Shown here: positions 32,840 through 45,977 of the stretch, one piece after another
Layout of the letters: each line of letters begins with the position of its first letter
Numbering within the stretch: the stretch's first letter is position 1
Assembly: GCA_040954595.2 (NCBI GenBank)
Contig: CM082597.2
Coordinates: forward strand, 4,115,924-4,179,923
Length of the DNA stretch: 64,000 nt
Origin: Balanoglossus misakiensis
Taxonomy: Eukaryota > Animalia > Hemichordata
Direction: 5' to 3'
The notes under the pieces: model-generated
What the model was told of the DNA's origin: nothing
The model's input: only the letters and a program-made list of their open reading frames with translations
Database searches by the model: none
Position numbers and translations under genes: made by a program

Positions 32840-33024
32840 AGATATACAGTCACCTCCAGTTTACATACGCCCATATATGGCTGAAATGGCGCATTTGAGC
32901 GTTCTAAAGAACATACGATGGCGCTCTTTTTTTCGCGTGTGCCACCCACTGAAAATCTGTGATTGGCTAGATCTCAATTTGCCATGGTAACTATAGCTAA
33001 TTTTCTATAGGTGACCGTATACAT
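32840..33024. mobile_element. Kolobok-like MITE, copy 1 (same family as 59940-60113)
   Basis: Highly similar to the copy at 59940-60113; TIRs AG(G/A)TATACAGTCACCT / AGGTGACCGTATAC(C/A)T. Confidence 0.85.
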
Positions 33025-34233
33025 TTAACGGATGCAGTTTTCTTTCAAATGTACATCCGTAGATACATACATGCATACATGCATACATACATGCATACAT
33101 ACATACATAAACTGCTATGTGATTTAAAACATACCTTGTTATCTTTCTGCTTGACAGAAGAGTTATAATTGTGTTCTACCACTGATTTAATCTTGCTCTC
33201 TTCGTGTTTGCCGAGCGGCTGTAAGTTGTACCGACTTAATAATCCGACGTTATCGACGGCTACTATGCAGAGGATATGTGTCCACCCCCACCGGTACCCT
33301 CGTGATCAACAATATATTTTGATTTGTGGAAATGCGTGAGCGATGAATGTTAATTATTGATTGGCGTACCTCAACCCAGACATGTCCTACTTTTGTTACC
33401 AATTGTTGCTATGCGTAAAGCCGTGTTTATTGTCTGGTTGCTAACCCCTGTAGTGGACTTTACGCATTGTTTGATACATTGTCTTACCAAACAGGTCAGC
33501 ATTACACGAACGGGCATGTACACCCATTGTGAAGATCTCATTTATCAATAATTCAAGTAGTTTGCAAAATAACACCTGAATTTTATTAACCACAGAAATT
33601 AGAGACATAAATTACTTGAGGGCGCGGTACACATCTCAAAGACCAATAGTAGCAGATATTGCTCAGCGTACGAATTCTTCGTGCACTACGTTTACTGGGG
33701 GATAGGTCATGCCGAAAGGGACGATGGGAAAAAAACTGAGCCAGCGCTCATACCGAGCCAGAATATTGTAGGGGCCACATCCTGTATACTGCTTAAATGA
33801 AAAAATCAACTCAAGGTTAACCTGGAAATTTTTGAATGGCATAGCTAGAGTGTTTCACATTTGAAATTCAAAATGGCCACCAATCTCTGCTTTAAATCTG
33901 GGAAGACATTTTTAAGTAGTGATTTTTGTGAGGTTGGTTAATTTATTCATATTGTATTCAAAAGATCCCACGCAAAGACATGTCCTATGAGTCTGGTGGG
34001 ATTTGCGTTAATGTGAGCGACACACCCCTGCCGAAAATATAAGGTACCTTAGGGTGAATGCGCTTGGCCAATTGAGGTTCTGGGAATAATAAATCATTAA
34101 TCGATTATATTACAAATCAGGACAATAATAATAAATACAGTACTCTGTTCCATAAACTACAAAAGTTAACTTTTTTTTTAATCAACGCTGCAAATGTATT
34201 GATTTAGAATTTTAGGGAGTGAAACTGCTTCAG

Positions 34234-35678
34234 TTATTTCATCTCTTTGCTGTATCGTAGAATAGCTTTCTGTCTGTGTTCAACATTGGGCCACTGGTAT
34301 GCGCTTTTCGATTCGGTGTCCGCCCGTCGCCACGGAGATTCACACATGCGCATCACCTCCCAGACGCTGTCGTTCTGCAGAGCGGGCAGACAGACGCGCA
34401 TGCACGGCCGATGGGTGATCGGTGGCTCGAACTTTGGTCGGCTCTTTCTGCTCGGTATGTCGTCGGGTATCGCCGCGTAGAACGGGGCGAGGTCCGGCCG
34501 GAGTCCACTCCGGTCCCGATACGACCACCTGGATGACGTCAGAAGCGGCGAGGGCGGCTTGCTGGAGTGGAGAGGCGTGATCTCGACCGAATCCTTTGTG
34601 TGGACCTCCTTCATTTTGGCCAGGTCCTCTTTCCGACTGGTTGCCAGGCGACGCAGTTCCTTGTCGCCGTAGTTTATAAAATCCCGTTTTTGGGTTGTTG
34701 ATAAATGGTATTCATCCTGTTGTGGAAGAACCTGGGCAGCAAAAACATAGGAGGGGTGAATCAAAATTAGACCTATGAATAAGAAAATGCAAGGAAATGT
34801 TTCTACAATATTTCTAGCTACACTGAGGTGTGATTTCTATGCTTGCCAATATGTATAGGTCCTTTTGGGTGGTTTTTCGAGCAGTTTGGTCTAAATTTGC
34901 AAATTCACCAATTTAAAGTTTAAACAGAGGTCATCACTTCATCATTCTAACGTTTCGAGAATGGCGTGTGTGTCATTTAATTCGACCTCTAAATGGGGAA
35001 TATTTTATTTGATGAATTGGTCTCGGGTTTGGCCGGCACATGTCTCATTTCGACCGCTGGCTGCGCTGTACAACAAGAAACTGATCAGGAATGAACAATA
35101 AACAATAGCCAGAAATTTGACTGAAGTAGTTATCGTAATATATCTCTCCAAAATCACCAAGGTTCTTAAATAGGCATTTTCATGCATAGTCGTGGTTCTT
35201 ATCGAAAAATCTTACGTTTTACACCCTACAAAGTCAAAACAACTCAAGGTTCCCGGTGACGAAGTCTTATTTTCAGTCGATGTGATGATAATTTCTCATT
35301 AAAAATTAACAATTATCGTAATTTATCTCTCCAAAATCACCAAGGTTCTTAAATAGGCATTTATATTCAGACCCCGCTATGCTAACTGCTACCAAGGTTC
35401 GTCTTAAGTTTTAGCATTCAACCTAATAAGAATCTGAATTCTAATCCCGTCCGAAGCTTTCTTCTGTGCGCATCAAAACCTACCTCCGCTGGCGATGGCG
35501 GGGGTACCGACTCCATTGGTTTGGGTTTCCGATATCGCTTCATGAGAATGAAATCTTTGTAATATGACGTCATGTGCGGTGGAATCCCGTCATTTCCAAA
35601 ATTGAAATTCGTTTTGTACGTCAGGCTTGTTTCTGGATCCATGACATGCGATGTCAATAGTCTGTCTCGGCCGTCCAT
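34234..35678 (-). CDS. Uncharacterised ~230-aa protein with Mn-like motifs (SAXO/TEX45-like axonemal microtubule inner protein candidate)
   Basis: Exons 35678-35484 and 34731-34234 (phase 0); repeated motifs TSYYKDF, STTQKRDF, TSSRWSY and TESKSAYQWP in a Pro-rich context. Confidence 0.6.
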
Positions 35679-36036
35679 CCATATGCCAAGATCACATTCC
35701 AAGCTTCTATCGTTCCATCTTTCAATATTCCATTAGTTCTGTCCCACACTCTGTATGTACGCACTAAGTTATGCAAAAGTAACAACATCTACTATGGAAA
35801 GTGATTGAGCCAATCACAGAGTTTCACTGTTAAACTTTCGAAATAAAATTACGCTTTGGATAGATATACATATAAAAGTGAGTGACCTGTTCGCGTTGTC
35901 GTATTACAAAACGACGTCGAAAAATGAGAAAATATGAGTAAATTTAGAGGGGGTCCTTATTAAAACATTCCCGTGAAGGTTAACCTTTTTATCAAATTTA
36001 TTTTTCTCTTTACTTCTTGTAAATCTACATGAGTGT

Positions 36037-36124
36037 GTTGGCATAGCAATGCGTAAATTACTCAGGCCAAAATACGTCCGCGACGAGTGCAGTAATACGC
36101 ATGCGCTGGCAGCTCGATGGCAAC
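36037..36124. promoter_or_regulatory. Candidate bidirectional ciliary promoter: X-box-like and NRF1-like sites
   Basis: GTTGGCATAGCAAT (36037-36050), CGCATGCGC (~36098) and ATGGCAAC (~36117), lying between divergent genes. Confidence 0.45.
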
Positions 36125-37119
36125 CTTTTCAAAACAAACTTGAGGTGTCCCATTCACATGGTAATCACTAATCTCGTTAAAATAACAACACAGAAACGTG
36201 CGGGGAAGGTTCGCTAGACAAGTGTACCCAAGACTAACAGACTTTATTATCTATCACCTGTAACAGGTAAGCTTGGTGTGGAATTGACAAAGCCAGCTTG
36301 GTTTGTTGATAAAAAGTGCTTGAAATAAATTCATTCCTATCACGCGTCTGCGCGTCCACACGCGTCTCTTTGAAATGGACATGGTCGCGGCCCAAGCGCG
36401 ATAACATTATACTATACCTGTCTCGAAACAGCCCGTTGTATTCACAATTTAAACCGTAAACTGATAATTTATGGCATGTAAGAAGAAGACTTGGTTCTCC
36501 TGTTGGAGGCAGAGAAATGAAAACGACAAGAAACGGGTTGAAATTGGTCGAGTGTAAACTTTTGTATGTAATGTACACCTGTCGCTCGCTCGTTGTTGTA
36601 CCTCGTCTGAAAGGACGCGGTTGGCAGCCGAGAAAATCACATTTTAATGGCTATAATGCTTTCAGAGTGGAGCTATTAACTGTTCACCTGTTACAACTCA
36701 GTGGTTTCACGATTGTTGACCCTGACAGTGGTCTGGGCTCACGTATTATAATAAAAGTCAAACGATATCGACATCAAGCATGTCAAAAAAAAGCTCATGA
36801 ATTCTAGCGTTGTCATTCACGCAGTTGGCCTACCATTCAAGCGAGGCTATCGGTCCTGTTCAGGCACGTTGCCGTTATTTGTACAGTCACTTCAAAAGCG
36901 ATTGATAACGAGTTTATTATTTGGTGCTATTGCGGTTAGTGTTTGTTTAACTGTCTATCGTTATTTGTAACCAAACTGGTCTGGCTACTGCATAGCTGCA
37001 GTTCAGTAGCTCGAAGTTTCGCCTTCAGAAACTCGGCGCGACAAAGTTAACATTTTCCACGTTGTCTAATTCACTGCCATGTAGTACTACAAATACACAC
37101 CCCGGGAAAAAACACCACG

Positions 37120-39840
37120 ATGTCTGTCAGGTACGGACCGGAGAAATTGTCAATCCCGACCGGACTACGGAATATCATCACATCGCTGTCGAGGGAAATT
37201 CTCCGAGCTCAACCCGAAGATATCAATGAATTCGCAGCAAAGTATCTCAAGAAACTACTGGACATCAGAGAAAGTGAGTTGAATTTATCATTGGTACACT
37301 ACAGATTTCAAAAGTTTTAAGTGATTTCTTTCCTTTTAGTCACTTTTCATACATATACCCATTGCTTGTCAGTATAGAAATTCACAGGTTGGAATTTTAA
37401 TGTCGCTGTAGTGTAAACTGACACCATGCATACACAACACAATGGAATAGACTGGCCCTGTGTACAATAAAACAACTGCAGCTAGTATTTCTGTGATTTG
37501 AAAGCAAGTAAGGAATGCAACAATAAACTCAGTCGCCTGTCTTGAATAGCCATTGTTTAATATGAGAGGTTTCAGGTTTTTTCCGTATAAAGATTCAACT
37601 ACACAGTACATTGCATCTTACTGTGTGAAACTGTTTCTTGTTGAATGAGGGCAGTAGTTTATATGTCACTAGAAAGTTCTCAAACACTTTAATATGATAT
37701 TGTAAAATTTTTAGGAAATAGACTAAGAAAGTTTCAATATGGTGGAAGAAACAAACAACATTTTCATGCTTCTTCATTAATTATCTTGCGCAGGCACTGG
37801 TGAAGATCCCACTGTTACAGGCTTCAGGTTGAGTTCAGGAAGAACCAAGCAAAGTCGTATGGAATCATACAGGACTATTACACCAAGCTCTGGTAAGTGT
37901 GTCGACATCTGAAGCAGCAGAGTGCATTGTTTGATATCAGTCGAATTTTTTTTAGCTCCCATGTTCACTCATGCATGAGTTGTACTGTCTGTAGGTCTGT
38001 CTGTCTGTCGGTGTGTCCATGACAATATGCTAATCAGATAGTGATGTTATCGCTGAGAATGCTGTTGGCCACAATACACAAATGATGAGATAGTTTATAC
38101 AATATTTATGTTGACTTCTTTCATGATCAGAATACGGTCGTTCTTCGTCACGCGAGCAAGCCAAGTCACTCAAAATACTAAAAGCCCCAAACGATGACAT
38201 AGTACCCCGAATTCCTGTGTCATCAAAAGTCGATGACACACCCACGCAAACTGATGATGCGGCGCAGAGCCAGCCAATAGGAAGCCAGGAAACACAGCAG
38301 CCAGCGGCAGAACCGGAAGTTGCAGCAAAAGAGGAAGTCAGCGAAACCCCGAAAGTTGAAGAACCCGTTGAGAAGTCGGAGACGCCGCAAGAAGTTGTTG
38401 CAGATGCCGAAGAAAAAACAGAAGCTGAGGAGACGACGGAAGATGTCCCCAAGGATACAGAAGAAGGTGAATACAGACTTATTTTACTCCATGCCATAAA
38501 AGTAGGCCACATGCATTTGAATATTAAACAGCACCCTGTTTTGATTCATCATATTTGTCAAATTTAGACTAAATCTTGCAAGTGTGAACAGTGAAATAAA
38601 GCAACATGGTGGCTCATGAGCAAACTCATCGTGACCACAAAGGAGGAGATGGGTATTTGTTCTTAGGAATATTTTGGCACTGAATTTTGTTAAATTGGGA
38701 GATGTAATAGTTAGATCTGACTCTTGCTTTATTTTTATTATTGTAGTAGTTGAACCTGCTGCACCGGAACCAGAAACCGCTGCAGCAGCAGAGGGAGACA
38801 CTGCAGCAGAAACAACAGAACAGGAACCGGAACAGCAACAGCCCGAGGAACAAACCACCGAACTGCCATCTGAGGAAAAACCGGCAGAAGAGCAACCGGC
38901 AGAAGAACCGCCGGCGGCAGAGCAGGAAGGGGAAAAAGAACAACCCGGTGGTGAGCAAGGAGAAGAAACTGCAGCAGAACAGCAACCCGCGGAAGAGACC
39001 ACGGAAGAGCCGAAACAGGGAGGGGAACAGCAACCGGAAGAGCAGCAAGCATCTGAACAGCAACCCGCAGAAGAGACTGCAGCAGAGCCGGAACAAAACA
39101 CGGAACAGCCACCGGAACAGCAACAAGAGGAGGGGCAGCAACTGGAAGATAAGGAACCTGAGGGAGGGGAACAGCAAACGGAAGAGCAGCAGCCCAGTGC
39201 AGAGGAACCAGCAGAGGGGGATGCAGCCACAACAGAACAGCCACCGGCTGACAGCGATGCAGCTGCTGATGATGGTGCTGCAGCTGAGAAGGCACCTGAA
39301 GCAACTGCTACTGAAGAGGCAGCTGCAGTTGATGGTGGAGCTGCAGAGGAACCTGCATCAGGTGACCAGACTGACGGACCGGTAGGAGAAGAGACTACAG
39401 ATGAGACAGGTAAGATATGAACCCATTTCCTATTAAACTAAATGGTCCGATCCCATTGCTTTCAAAGCAAGGCCAATGGGGAAAGTTGATTAATCACATT
39501 AGGGGGCTCCCCTATTGGCCTCACTTTGAGTTCAAATTCATGATGGCTGTGTGGGGGCGCTAGACTTTATATATGAAAAGGGTGTACATGTATTGATATA
39601 GATTTTCTGCTCACTGTGTTCAAAGGTCCAGGAGCTGCTGATGCAGCAGAAGAAAAACCTGCAGACTCAGAAGAGACGCCTGCAGCCGACGCACAAGACA
39701 CAGAAGCCCCTGCGGCCGAGACGCAGGAAGTGGAGCCAACAATGATTATACAGGAACAGGAAGTTGGGGTAGAGTCCACTGTGGAGGGGGGTGCTGCCGA
39801 CAGCATGGTGTCTTCCTTGGATAGAGCCCCCGCCGAATAG
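37120..39840 (+). CDS. SPA17/CABYR-like RIIa dimerisation/docking-domain protein with long acidic E/Q/P/A tail
   Basis: Exon 37120-37273 reads MSVRYGPEKLSIPTGLRNIITSLSREILRAQPEDINEFAAKYLKKLLDIRE (compare SPA17 IPQGFGNLLEGLTREILREQP); further exons 37794-37892, 38131-38467, ~38749-39409, 39627-39840. Confidence 0.8.
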
Positions 39841-42800
39841 GCCCCTCTACATTTAAATGCTTGGACCCTGGGTAGTAAGTGGAACATTCCTACACCAACA
39901 GGACACATGCTTTGGAGATGTCAGTGGATTGTTTATAGAGGGGTGTTTTTTTTTTGCCAAGATTCGATGGTGCTAGGCTTGTTTGTGACTGCCTGTTCTT
40001 GGTTGTATCAGCCTCTTTTAAATGCCCTAAGTGGTTTAAGGGCTATGTCTAAGTGCTCTCACAGTTATGTGGGAGAGGGTGTTATTTTACGTGTCCCCAC
40101 CCATTATTTAGTGTCTGTGCATCTGGAGCTAGATTTACACTGGTGACTGTTCACCTTTAATATACAAAATAGGTTCAACCTGCCCCAAGGATCCCTGGGA
40201 GAAACCAAGACACTAAGACTGTACCATTGTTACAGCAGGGGTGGGGCTAAATAGGGAACATTTCATCAGACATTGTAAAGTCTGGAGTGTGCTTTGCATT
40301 TTGATAAATAACCTGAATTTACAATATTTTGAGATTTTACACATCATTACCATACTGAAAACAGCATTAAATTCACTTATTCTAGTATTTTGGCATCAAC
40401 ATATCGATGTGGTGTTAGATCATATGAAAGGCATATTTTTGGTAATCAAAAACTGCTCACTTTGTTGCTAATGTTGTCTTTTATCGTGTGGTTCTATGTC
40501 AAAGGGACATGAATGTGTGTTCGGTGTAGACAGGTTTCCTGATTAGACAGGGTCGGTTTAGACAGGTTTTACTGTGCGCGTTTGTTTCACAGATTGAGAT
40601 ATTGATTTCACAGATGATCAGTCAAATCAAAATGGAGGCCTCATTATCTGTTATCTTTTCACATTACTGGCCTGACTTCTAACCATGGGCATTCCATTTT
40701 ATCAGGACCAGTGTACACATGTTGACTGGCCATGAGGGCAACAGTATACACCTATCTCCCTGTGTCAGGCCGTGAGGATACTATTTTTGTATATTTTCTT
40801 AATGATTTATATGAGATTAATCAGATCTTTATAAAGCTACATATTTATATTTTTATTCCTGAAATCTAATGCTTTAAATGAAACAAATTTATGCACAACT
40901 CACAGAATTTTATAGATCCTTTTATGAGCATCTTCTGAAGTTTTTGGATGTATATTTTTAAGAGTGAAGTTAATTTATATTTGTGTTTTTTACTTGCATG
41001 TTTTTGCTGTGAATGTGGTGCTGAAAATAAAATATGGTTTCAATGAAATCACGGGCGCTCTTCAAAAAAGTTCATTTGAAAACAAGGCCAGTAGGTTAAG
41101 GTATGCAAACTTTTTCACTTGTTTTAATTTCTCTGTTAAAGGGCTAAGCAGAGGTTGCACTGTTTGGTAGCGCTGTTACATGGCTTGGCTTTGGCTAGGA
41201 TTTCCCATGAAATAGTGGGGGTGATGTCGTTGTCCTTCAGAGTCCAAATATGTTTGCTGAGTTCGGTGGAGTTCCTGGAGTTAGAATGATGAAGTGTGGT
41301 TTCATGTGTGGTTTGTCAGTTTTTATTTTAGTGGGGACAGAAGAGAACACTCAACAAAATATAAACATTGAATGTTTGCAGTCTTACTGTTAGAAGTTTT
41401 ATTCAGCAATATACAATGCCATACTATATATCACCATACGCTACAAACACTGACATACTACCATTCAGAATAATTTACTTTGCTACAGATCTCGCATACT
41501 CTACAAATATACATATGGCTTCGCTCGAAAGATATAATAAGCTTTGAGTTGTAGAACTTGCTAATTATATAGGTTAGCACAGGCACTGTATTCAGCTGGA
41601 TTTGGTCGGTTTGGTGAGGTCAGGGGTCAGGTGATGAGGTCAGAGGTTACACCACAGATCTTTTTGTCTTGAGGTTAGTGGTAACAGAGACTCAAGGTTG
41701 AAGTTTTTTCAAATCTGAAATTCATCACTAAAATTTGAAATTGTCTCAGGCACGCATGTAGGATATGTCTCATTGCAGCCTACAATCAAGCTGAACTTAT
41801 GATATTACAAACTTCATTGAGTATAAAAACAACTCGGTCATCAGGCTATAAATGTCGATATCACCCTAACCTCAGATATTAAACCTGTAGTGTGACTTTC
41901 TCAACTTTGATCTCTGACCTTTGCAATACACTGATTTTGAACCTTGAACCCTGACCTCCAAACCAAGAACAAATCACAGCCCCCACTAAACATAGAGTTT
42001 TGATATGTATACAGTCACTGTGACAAAAATAAAAGGATAAAATTTAGATAGCGTTTTTTTTATGGGATAAATCAAGCATCTAAGTTAATGGCAAGCTATA
42101 GTTTGTAATACATTGTTCTTGATACACTAGTTGTATCATTTCTAGGAGAAATTACACTAATAATTACAATCATGATTTTGCAATACATCAATGAAATATG
42201 CACCTGAGCGGCAGGTCATGTGACAAGTCATGTGACAAGAAAGTCAACCGAATTCCAGCCAAGCACCACACTTTACTGCAGTATTTGGTGACTGAAGTTG
42301 TCAAAAATGCAATAATGAAAACAGTCTCCCTTTATAACATAGTGAATTCAGAAGTATAGTGCCACAAGTGTTGAATAACTGAAAGATAAGCTGGACTTGA
42401 ATATGTTCATGTTCTGAGTCAACTGATAACTGAAGGTGGCTTTCCCTGCATACATGTATTTATATACCCTTTTCCTGCCTATCTTAACCTAACCCTTCCC
42501 CCCTCCATCCCTCTGTGCATTTGAATTTCCCCAAAGAAAACAATGGATTTGGACCAAACCATGCTGGTGCTAGGGTTAACACAGTGTACTGAAAGCTTGA
42601 TAAAAATTGTACAGAACACAGTTCTCACTATTTTTAACAACTAGTGATGTATTCCCACATGTAAATCATTGCACAACATATACATCACAAAATCCAATAC
42701 ATTTCAGTTATGTTATAGAGACCTGAAAAAAATGTTAACTGTTGATAGGAAACAATATGGCTGCCCTGCAGCGCCCCCTAGAGGCAAAAACGGATTATTC

Positions 42801-43168
42801 AGCGCACCCATGTGGCATCATGGGAATTCCCAAAAATTAGTCAACGGCAAACAAAAAAATCAATCTAAATGGCCACTGGAATTAAAAAAAAAAATTGCCT
42901 CTTGTTGATTGGCTGTAGTAGAGAAATCAACCAATGACAGCAGGGCAGCAGGATTGTGGCAAAAAATGCCTCTGGCAGGTGACGACTACTTCAATTTTAC
43001 ACAAATTGAAATAAAACTGACTTTCAGTCAGCCGACATAAAACTCAAATGTTTTAAAAACAAAAACGTTTCCTTAATCAGACAAAAAATATTAAAACTCA
43101 TATTTTATAAACAAAACAAGAACATTTTGTCGGTCAGCCAAAAAAAACATGATTTTGGCTAACTATGT

Positions 43169-44142
43169 TCATGGTGATAGCACTGTTGTCAAAGCTTCGT
43201 ATAAGGGTGCGCATAATTTCTCGTATCCTTGTTTGGTTAAATGCAAATAATCGTACATGTCGCAGTAGTCAATGGTACCATCGGCCTGGATGAATCCTCC
43301 GTCACACTCCACGAGCTGCGTAGTGTCGAAATGTTTGACCATATTTGGAAGAGCATCGTTGATAGCTCTTATCTTCTCTCTTAGGGGGTTCGGATTGTGC
43401 CCCCTAGGTGGAATTGTCTGTACATAAAGAAAAACACACCACCACAAAAATTAATACGGTCGCTTATGCAAATTTTACCACAAATGCCATGGAAAATTAA
43501 AATATAGCGAATCAGAGATTTTCAGTGGGTGGCACATGCAAAACGTCTAGTAAATTTATCACTTCATTATTACACCTCATTAGAATACAAATGCATAAAC
43601 CTTAGCCCAGTGCTAGCATATTGGAAAAGAACATTTGGTCTGTACTGTACTCACCATGAGAAATATTTGAGCTTGAGGTTGTTTCGTTGTAACTGTTTCT
43701 ACAATGGCTTTGAGACCACCCAAAACTTGCTCAGCCGTGTGCCCGTGATTGTTGGTCCCTGCTAATATCACTATTACCTGCAGACAGAATGGAATGTTCC
43801 AGTCAGATGGAAAAATTATGCTGTAGCCAACAGACACAGATGATAGGTGAAAGGTACAATTTTGCCATTGTAACCAATGGAGTTGGATCGAACCATTATG
43901 AATGAAGGGGTAATACTAGGTGGGTTACTTCCTTACCTTGGGTTGAACATAATCTAACTCTCCATTCTGTATCCTCCAAAGAACATGTTGGGTTGCATCG
44001 CCGCCAACGCCAAAGTTTAGACAATGCATTGGAACAAACCACTTATTCCAAACCTAGCAGTAAGAGAAAACATCATTAGCTGCGCATACAACCAAATATT
44101 TCACCCAAATCAGTTCAAAATTGATGATGATGGTAAAGATGA

Positions 44143-44176
<34 letters not shown>

Positions 44177-44803
44177 GGTGGTGGTGATGATGATGATGAT
44201 GATGATGATGAAATTATCAATTGCACAAACAGATACTTACATCAGAAAGAGCCATGAGTTGTATTAGAGAATCACCAATGAATAATACATCAGGTTCTTT
44301 ATCTTTACTCTCGTTGACATATCGCTGATGCTGAAATAAGTGATACACAACAAAATTACATACATATGCCAATACAGCATTGTAAATTCATTGCCACTTG
44401 TTAGGTAATGACCTTCACCCAAAACTGAAAAAATTATCAGCGAAATCAACAAGATATAGATGCAGGGCTTTTACGATCTGATACATAAGATGTACATTTC
44501 ATCAATAAGGATTTGTAATCTACATTTAGACCAACTGAATTAATTAAATAATTTACTATTCATTAATAACATGATTATCAGGTCAAGCCAAAATTGCCAT
44601 TAAAAACGAAAGAAATATGTGTGTAAATTTAGATGCTAAAGAAAACTTTAATGTGGGATGGGTCGCGTCTTCCGAGTCATTTTTCAAGGAATCTGAAAAT
44701 CAAAGATTGATTGAGCGAACGCGGATATGCTACTTACAATGCTCATCCATCGACCGTCGCCTTGAACATCCTCGACCGGTACGGGCGTCGCTGCCGGGTT
44801 CAT
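43169..44803 (-). CDS. PAFAH1B2: Platelet-activating factor acetylhydrolase IB catalytic subunit (alpha1/alpha2 type, SGNH hydrolase)
   Basis: MNPAATPVPVEDVQGDGRWMS; EPDVLFIGDS; NFGVGGDATQHVLWR; GTNNHGHTAEQV; DMYDYLHLT. Exons 44803-44738, 44330-44241, ~44053-43937, ~43777-43656, ~43417-43169. Co-orthologue of PAFAH1B2/B3. Confidence 0.95.
44124..44210. repeat. Compound (GAT)n(GGT)n(GAT)n microsatellite
   Basis: Directly visible, intronic. Confidence 0.95.
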
Positions 44804-45977
44804 CGTCGATATTCTGTCTATTTCAGTTTCGTGCCGCGGGTGGGAAGGTCTGGAATAAAAAATCTGACTAATCAATGAAGTATGATGTCACTGAACAAGA
44901 GCAGGGAGAAGGGAGACGTGAATAGACTACCTCACTGCCTTCGCAAGATAGTGCTTTGACCCGGAAGTGGAACTGTGTGAAATGAATAAATACATATGGG
45001 TATGTTTGAAGGATTCTTATTGCTATGGAAGCCATTTCACAATTCAGAATTCTTTAATTTTAGCAACTGCCGTATTGAGAGCATGATATATTTATTACAG
45101 ATCCATATGCGCTGTGATTTTTCGTTCAAAGTCGGCCTAATATTGTACGCCTTTTGCCAACACAACCCATTGTAAAAAATATAGATTGTCTCAATCCTGG
45201 CCATGTCCAACCTAGTGATGGCGCTAGTCTAACCGCAAAACTGGGGACTGACCCACACGTGAACATGTTGAAATAACTTTTATTTACTCATGATCGATCA
45301 GATGTTGAGCTTCATGACGGACTGGATCGTTTCTGGCACAATACAAAGAGTATTGTGTAATTTGGATATTGTTATACACTCTGAAACTCATCAAAATACA
45401 AAGACCACCAGAGAAGTAAACATTTTCAGAGTTATACGCACTTTATTTACGAAAATATAACACAAAACAATACCAGTGTAATCCTCATGTAAAACCCAAA
45501 ATTTACACTTTAAAATGTTCATAATGATGGACGATCTGGATAAAAAAGTAAAAACGACATTTGATCGAGTTAACAGCGGAGTTCATTGTCAAGGTGTTTC
45601 TAATCAATAAAAAGATTAAAGTTAAATCTTCTCTTCTCTAAAAACATAATTTTGTAGAAAAAAATAAAGCACCCTCATAAAATTCACTGTTCCCTGCCCA
45701 CGTGTGGGAAGTTTTTGGAGATACCAACTGACCACTTGTATTACTTGTCTAGCAACCAGTTGCTATGGTAATTAACTTAGTCTAGCAAGATCTCACAATG
45801 TACAGAAATCATCTATTGCAACTTTGCAAACAGGAAAAAGTTTTTCAATCAGTACGATTAAAATGACGTACGATATAATTTGCATTGCATACCTAAAACA
45901 TGCAATAAAAACATAATTTGATTCATCTAACTTCTAACGTCAGCCTCTTGCATGATATGCAGACCGGTTTCACTGCA

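Noticed and set aside
35005-35070. Possible middle exon of the Mn-motif gene
   Set aside because: The AGCGCAGCCAGCGGT core recurs at ~1108 and ~5422, indicating a dispersed repeat, and the flanking exons already join in phase.
38484-39385. Long Cys/Ser- and Leu/Phe-rich overlapping ORFs
   Set aside because: Antisense or alternative-frame shadows of the low-complexity acidic exon.
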